From the IMG/VR virus record IMGVR_UViG_3300005099_000176: 8,224 nucleotides of DNA; one strand, given 5' to 3'. Made by a program: the position numbers and the translations under genes. Under the pieces are notes generated by a model. It had not been told where the DNA came from. It did not search any database and worked only from the letters and a program-made list of their open reading frames with translations. Below are positions 5,189 through 8,224 of the stretch, in pieces (within the stretch, counting starts at the first letter, position 1; each line of letters starts with the position of its first letter). The DNA comes from a virus.

Positions 5189-6640
5189 TTATGTCCTCAT
5201 TGCTGTTTGCACCTGGTGCACACAGCCCAGGACGCAGAAAAAGGCGATGACGCCGGAAATGAACAAGCTGAAGGTATCGACCGCCCCACAGATCGGGACG
5301 TTAATCATCTGCCCGGTAATCGGGATCGGGACCTGCGGATTGATGCAGGCGGCTGTCGGAACGATCGGGAACCAGTTCTTGAGCCCAATCGAATCCTCCG
5401 TGATGGCGTCGACAGCAGCCATGCCTTTGTCATTCTGTTCCTTCACCTGGTTGATTTCAGCCTCACCATCCGGCGTGGGCGCAGTGATAGGGCCGAACGC
5501 CGTTCGCAATACCTCCAAGATCGACCGCTGCGTCACTTCCTTGTTGTAGTCCTTCGGAATCTCCAGGGGCGGCGTCTCAGGAGGCGGAGACGGTACAACG
5601 ACGACTTCCCGAATGATCGTGGTGTTATTGGTGACGTTGTTGGTCGTAGTCGTGACGCGCTCGACAGTCGACGGAAAGGTAATCTGAGGATTGTTGACAG
5701 TCGCGCCAGGCTTGATAGTCGGCGTGACGGTAGGCGACTCCGTGACCTTCTCAGTTGAAGTACTACCGTCAGCGTTGGTAATCGTCCTGGTAGAGACTTC
5801 AGCAGCCGGAAGCGTGACCGCCTGCGTGTTTGGCATCGACACAGGCGCATTGCGTAGGTCGAGCGGATACGTACCAGGTGTTATCTCCGGGTTCACCGAA
5901 GGATCGAGACCCATGATGTTGTTATAGAGGCTGGGAATCCGACTAGGACTACTAGCCGTCGCCGCCTCAGTCGCAGTAGTCGCCGTATTCTCACCGTCTA
6001 CAGAAGGCGTCGGAGGCGGCAACTGAGAAACCTTGTAGCTTCCCTGCATGACCCAACCGCAACTGACACCCGCATCCCGTCTGTAGCTCACAATCTGAAA
6101 GCCAGCCGGAACGGAACCACCGCAGCCGTGCGCCGAAGACGGCAATTCCTTGTAGACCGTGTAACCGGCTGATGAGTCGCCAGTGTAGTTACCCGGATGC
6201 GGATACGCCGGGAAATTCTGATTCGTACGCGGGACGACGCTCTCACAGACCACGGCACCAGTACCCACCGGACATGGGATCACACCCTGCGGCCGGATCA
6301 GATCCCAAATGTCCTGAGCCACCAGGGCCGCACCGACGAACGGAATGCTCCGCGCGACAATCCGACCCGCAGCCCTTGCAATCGCCGCACGATTGGCCGC
6401 AGCCTGAACGTTGACAGGGACCGACACCGCAACACCGCTTGGAATGCGAACAGTGACCGGCCCCGAAGCCGTGGCAGTAACTCCAGTACCAGTACCGGCC
6501 ACGGTAACGCCTGGCGTATTGCGAACGATCCTGTTGATGTGATCAAGCCCGGCGTAACTCGATGTGTACTGAGCCGACGCCGACCCCGCGGCCCCGAACA
6601 TTCCCAGGAAGGCCAACCCAATGACTGTATGTTTTCTCAT
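5189..6640 (-). CDS. pIII-like minor coat / host-adsorption protein
   Basis: 483 aa from ATG 6640 (the track starts at GTG 6652). Signal peptide MRKHTVIGLAFLGMFGAAGSASA. Cys-pair-containing N-terminal domains. Thr/Pro-rich linkers (PPPTPSVDGENTATTATEAATASSPS; VTPTIKPG...TTTTNNVTNNTT...PSPPPETPP). C-terminal membrane anchor FSLFISGVIAFFCVLGCV. Its position after the coat gene also fits. Confidence 0.75.
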   Translation of the reverse strand: MRKHTVIGLAFLGMFGAAGSASAQYTSSYAGLDHINRIVRNTPGVTVAGTGTGVTATASGPVTVRIPSGVAVSVPVNVQAAANRAAIARAAGRIVARSIPFVGAALVAQDIWDLIRPQGVIPCPVGTGAVVCESVVPRTNQNFPAYPHPGNYTGDSSAGYTVYKELPSSAHGCGGSVPAGFQIVSYRRDAGVSCGWVMQGSYKVSQLPPPTPSVDGENTATTATEAATASSPSRIPSLYNNIMGLDPSVNPEITPGTYPLDLRNAPVSMPNTQAVTLPAAEVSTRTITNADGSTSTEKVTESPTVTPTIKPGATVNNPQITFPSTVERVTTTTNNVTNNTTIIREVVVVPSPPPETPPLEIPKDYNKEVTQRSILEVLRTAFGPITAPTPDGEAEINQVKEQNDKGMAAVDAITEDSIGLKNWFPIVPTAACINPQVPIPITGQMINVPICGAVDTFSLFISGVIAFFCVLGCVHQVQTAMRT

Positions 6641-6652
6641 GGTCACCCGCAC

Positions 6653-6680
6653 AAATGAAAACGCCCCCGGAGGGGCGAGG
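6653..6680 (-). terminator. Rho-independent terminator downstream of the major coat protein gene
   Basis: The minus strand reads CGCCCC-TCCG-GGGGCG (stem 6662..6667 with 6672..6677), followed by TTTTCATTT. It starts about 20 nt after the coat stop codon (6700..6702). Ff phages have a terminator at the analogous position after gene VIII. Confidence 0.7.
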
Positions 6681-6699
6681 AGCGAACGTGCCGACGCGA

Positions 6700-6933
6700 T
6701 TACTTCGCAGCGCCGAACGATTTCTTCATCATGCGGATGCCCCAGAAGCCACCAGCGACCAGGACGGCCACGGTGAAGGCTGCGCCGATGTAGGACGTAG
6801 CCTTCGCACCGAGTTCAGTGATGGCGTCGACGCCAGGGTCACCACCTTGAGCCATCGCGTGGCCTGCGGTCACCAGGGCCAGAGCCGGGATCGCCGAGAC
6901 TTTCAGGGCTGCTTTTTTCATTGCTGCATTCAT
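6700..6933 (-). CDS. Major coat protein (pVIII-like) precursor
   Basis: 77 aa from ATG 6933 (AGAGAAAACC lies upstream). Signal peptide MNAAMKKAALKVSAIPALALVTAGHAMA with an AxA cleavage motif. The predicted 49-aa mature protein has an acidic N-terminus (QGGDPGVDAITE), a hydrophobic core (YIGAAFTVAVLVAGGFWGI) and a basic C-terminus (RMMKKSFGAAK). The track's start at 6981 is an unsupported TTG. Confidence 0.85.
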   Translation of the reverse strand: MNAAMKKAALKVSAIPALALVTAGHAMAQGGDPGVDAITELGAKATSYIGAAFTVAVLVAGGFWGIRMMKKSFGAAK

Positions 6934-6999
6934 GGTTTTCTCTTTCAGAAGATCGGCGTTAATAGAATCCAGGGTTGCCAACGCCTGGAAGCAAAGAAT

Positions 7000-7107
7000 T
7001 CAGTCGAGGGATTCGATGGCCTTCCTGGTTAGACGTATCCAGGAACCCGCCGCATATCCAAGCCCGAAGGCAGAGAGGCAAGCGCTAATAGCGATGGTCA
7101 TCGTCAT
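7000..7107 (-). CDS. Tiny hydrophobic protein, 35 aa (pVII/pIX-like candidate)
   Basis: MTMTIAISACLSAFGLGYAAGSWIRLTRKAIESLD. AGAGGG lies 7 nt upstream. The ATG (7107..7105) overlaps the preceding TGA (7106..7104) as ATGA. One TM-like segment followed by a basic tail. Confidence 0.6.
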   Translation of the reverse strand: MTMTIAISACLSAFGLGYAAGSWIRLTRKAIESLD

Positions 7108-7226
7108 AGACCGGCCCTCTTGTATCGTTGAACCAGGAAGCGGACAAACAAGACGCCGCCGATCCAAAGACCGACACAAGCCAGGACCGGCCACACCGCC
7201 GCCCATAGGACGCTCCAGTTATTCAT
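7104..7226 (-). CDS. Tiny hydrophobic protein, 40 aa
   Basis: MNNWSVLWAAVWPVLACVGLWIGGVLFVRFLVQRYKRAGL (hand translated). AGGA lies 7 nt upstream. It has ATGA overlaps with the ORFs on both sides. Trp-rich TM segment plus a basic C-terminus. Confidence 0.55.
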   Translation of the reverse strand: MNNWSVLWAAVWPVLACVGLWIGGVLFVRFLVQRYKRAGL

Positions 7227-7300
7227 TCGTGATTCCTGAAAAGCACCACCACCAGGAGGACCAAGGCGGCGACAACGGCGAGCAAGTCAGCGATATTCAC
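7223..7300 (-). CDS. Tiny hydrophobic protein, 25 aa (GTG start)
   Basis: (M)NIADLLAVVAALVLLVVVLFRNHE. GTG (7300..7298) overlaps the preceding TGA (7299..7297) as GTGA, and its own TGA overlaps the next ATG. It is very short and has a non-ATG start, so confidence is lower. Confidence 0.4.
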   Translation of the reverse strand: MNIADLLAVVAALVLLVVVLFRNHE

Positions 7301-7383
7301 CGCTGTTGTCCCGCGATCCAGCCGAGGGCGAAACAGCAGACGACGGCAACGCCTAACAAAACTTCAGGCGTGACGGCTTCCAT
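7297..7383 (-). CDS. Tiny hydrophobic protein, 28 aa
   Basis: MEAVTPEVLLGVAVVCCFALGWIAGQQR. The ATG (7383..7381) overlaps the TAA of the upstream 105-aa gene (TAATG). Single TM-like segment. Confidence 0.5.
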   Translation of the reverse strand: MEAVTPEVLLGVAVVCCFALGWIAGQQR

Positions 7384-7700
7384 TACGCAGCCTTAGCGAG
7401 AGGGAAAATTTTCGGGGTAGAGAGGAACTTGAAGCCGACGACAGTAGCCGCAAGAGCGTTGCCCTTGCCTGGACGCATCTTTACATCGACCTCGAACAGG
7501 GACGGCAGATCGTGAGCCATCAGGGATGCGAAGACTTCAGGCTCAACCATGACCTTCATGGGCTTGCAGCCTTTTTCTTTATCGCTGGCGACGCGGTAAT
7601 CGTTGGACATCCAGACCTGGTGCAATTTCTGGACTTCGCCGGTTTGGCTATCAGGAATTTCGTACTTATCGCACGAGAGAATGAGGGCGGTATCAGCCAT
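7383..7700 (-). CDS. First gene of the structural operon; candidate ssDNA-binding protein (gV analogue), assigned by position and size only
   Basis: 105 aa. AGGA lies 6 nt upstream of the ATG at 7700. The sequence looks beta-rich (LILSCDKYEI, KVMVEPEVF, LFEVDVKMRPGKGNALAATVVGFKFL). It occupies the gene V slot, immediately before the tiny hydrophobic ORFs and the coat gene. I recognise no sequence motif. Confidence 0.45.
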   Translation of the reverse strand: MADTALILSCDKYEIPDSQTGEVQKLHQVWMSNDYRVASDKEKGCKPMKVMVEPEVFASLMAHDLPSLFEVDVKMRPGKGNALAATVVGFKFLSTPKIFPLAKAA

Positions 7701-7768
7701 GTTGTTTCCTTGTGGTAATTGGTGAGTTTGTCAGTCAGACCGCACCAAACCCCGGCCTGATGTCCGAG

Positions 7769-7798
7769 AATGTATCTCTCAATGTTTACCGCTGTCAA
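7769..7798 (-). promoter_or_regulatory. Candidate promoter of the structural/assembly operon: TTGACA, 18-nt spacer, TACATT
   Basis: On the minus strand, TTGACA is the complement of 7793..7798 (inside the palindrome) and TACATT is the complement of 7769..7774. This is about 70 nt upstream of the ATG at 7700. Confidence 0.45.
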
Positions 7799-7810
7799 TG
7801 CCCATTGACA
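7793..7810. promoter_or_regulatory. Operator-like perfect palindrome O1: TGTCAATG-CC-CATTGACA
   Basis: Perfect 8-2-8 inverted repeat. It ends 10 nt before the repressor ATG (7821) and overlaps the -35 of the divergent minus-strand promoter. A second copy lies at 1724..1741. Confidence 0.75.
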
Positions 7811-7820
7811 TGCACCAAGA

Positions 7821-8099
7821 ATGAAAACAACACTCGACTACTTGAACGAGGTCATCAAAAGACGCGGAGATATCGGAAATGACAACCAGCTCGCCCTATA
7901 CCTGGGAATCACCAGACAAGCCGTGCACCAGTACAAGAACGGCCAAAACATGTCCGTCCTGGTAGCCATCAAAGTAGCTCGATGCCTGTGCATTGAGCCG
8001 GTGGAAACGGTATCGGCCACCCTATACGCCCAAGCGAAAAGCGAGGATGAAAAACAGTTCTGGAAGGAACTCTACGAGGAGGCCACCCACCGAATTTAA
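7821..8099 (+). CDS. Cro/CI-type helix-turn-helix transcriptional repressor
   Basis: 92 aa. Canonical HTH NQLALYLGITRQAVHQYKNGQ. It is the only plus-strand gene, is divergent from the structural operon, and sits next to the palindromic operator. The SD is weak (AAGA), so the transcript may be short-leadered or leaderless. Confidence 0.8.
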   Translation: MKTTLDYLNEVIKRRGDIGNDNQLALYLGITRQAVHQYKNGQNMSVLVAIKVARCLCIEPVETVSATLYAQAKSEDEKQFWKELYEEATHRI

Positions 8100-8170
8100 T
8101 TCGACCTGGTCAACTGGAAAAACGCTCTCGAGCGCAAAAATCGACTCCGCCGGCGCAAATTAAATTCGGT
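8089..8170. repeat. 13-bp perfect inverted repeat (ACCGAATTTAATT ... AATTAAATTCGGT) enclosing 56 nt in the convergent repressor/rep intergenic region
   Basis: Arms lie at 8089..8101 (including the repressor TAA stop) and 8158..8170 (the same bases as 25..37). The loop holds a small CGCT-CTCG-AGCG hairpin (8123..8134) flanked by A5 on both sides, which reads T5-hairpin-T5 on the minus strand. Confidence 0.6.
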
Positions 8171-8224
8171 CGATCACAGATTTACCGGATTTTGTCGGAC
8201 CTCTCGAGCGAGCCTAGAACGGAA
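8134..8224. repeat. Terminal direct repeat, copy 2 (identical to 1..91); circular-genome overlap
   Basis: Exact 91-bp identity with the window start. It re-presents the last codons of rep (stop at 8214..8216). Confidence 0.95.

Larger units (their letters stand above)
1..8133 (-). mobile_element. Complete circular genome unit of a filamentous (inovirus-like) phage or replicative form, 8,133 bp
   Basis: Exact 91-bp terminal redundancy shows circularity. The gene set and order match a filamentous phage: Rep, small gV-like protein, tiny hydrophobic ORFs, signal-peptide coat protein, pIII-like, pVI-like, Zot/pI-like and secretin. Nearly all genes are on one strand and have overlapping stop/start codons. 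Confidence 0.85.

Noticed and set aside
5711-5717. CTTGATA, the pC194/phiX-type nick-site heptamer
   Set aside because: It lies on the plus (non-coding-sense) strand inside the pIII-like gene. A single heptamer match is expected by chance in about 16 kb of two-strand sequence.
6934-7206. Longer versions of the coat ORF (TTG 6981) and of the 35-aa ORF (68 aa from 7206)
   Set aside because: The 6981 start is a TTG without an SD. The 68-aa version adds a Gly/Arg/Pro-rich non-hydrophobic head in the frame that overlaps the 40-aa ORF, whereas ATG 7107 has AGAGGG at the right spacing and an ATGA coupling.
7701-7820. Plus-strand sigma70-type promoter for the repressor gene
   Set aside because: The best candidates (TTTACC-17-ACATGC; GAGAAT without a -35) are too poor to annotate, so repressor transcription initiation is left unresolved.

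Overview
The window is one complete circular genome of a filamentous, inovirus-like ssDNA phage. The last 91 bp (8134..8224) repeat the first 91 bp (1..91) exactly, so the true unit is 8,133 bp, opened inside the 3' end of the replication gene. Thirteen of fourteen genes lie on the minus strand in an Ff-like order. Reading 5'->3' on the minus strand: operator-controlled promoter (~7770-7810), gV-like small protein, four tiny translationally coupled hydrophobic ORFs (28/25/40/35 aa), major coat protein with signal peptide, intrinsic terminator, pIII-like adsorption protein, pVI-like protein, Zot/pI-like assembly ATPase, pIV-like secretin, a small 53-aa ORF plus ribbon-helix-helix (RHH) protein module with its own TATAAT promoter, a hairpin-rich intergenic region, and an HUH rolling-circle Rep. 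The only plus-strand gene is a Cro/CI-type helix-turn-helix (HTH) repressor (7821..8099), divergent from the structural operon and convergent with rep. The strongest non-coding signal is an 18-bp palindrome, TGTCAATG-NN-CATTGACA. It occurs next to the repressor gene and again, at 17/18 identity in inverted orientation, upstream of rep. Each copy overlaps minus-strand TTGACA -35-like hexamers, which suggests one repressor controls two promoters. I saw no integrase, transposase, tRNA, rRNA, CRISPR array or convincing dif-like attP. All family assignments come from motifs read by eye; no database search was possible.
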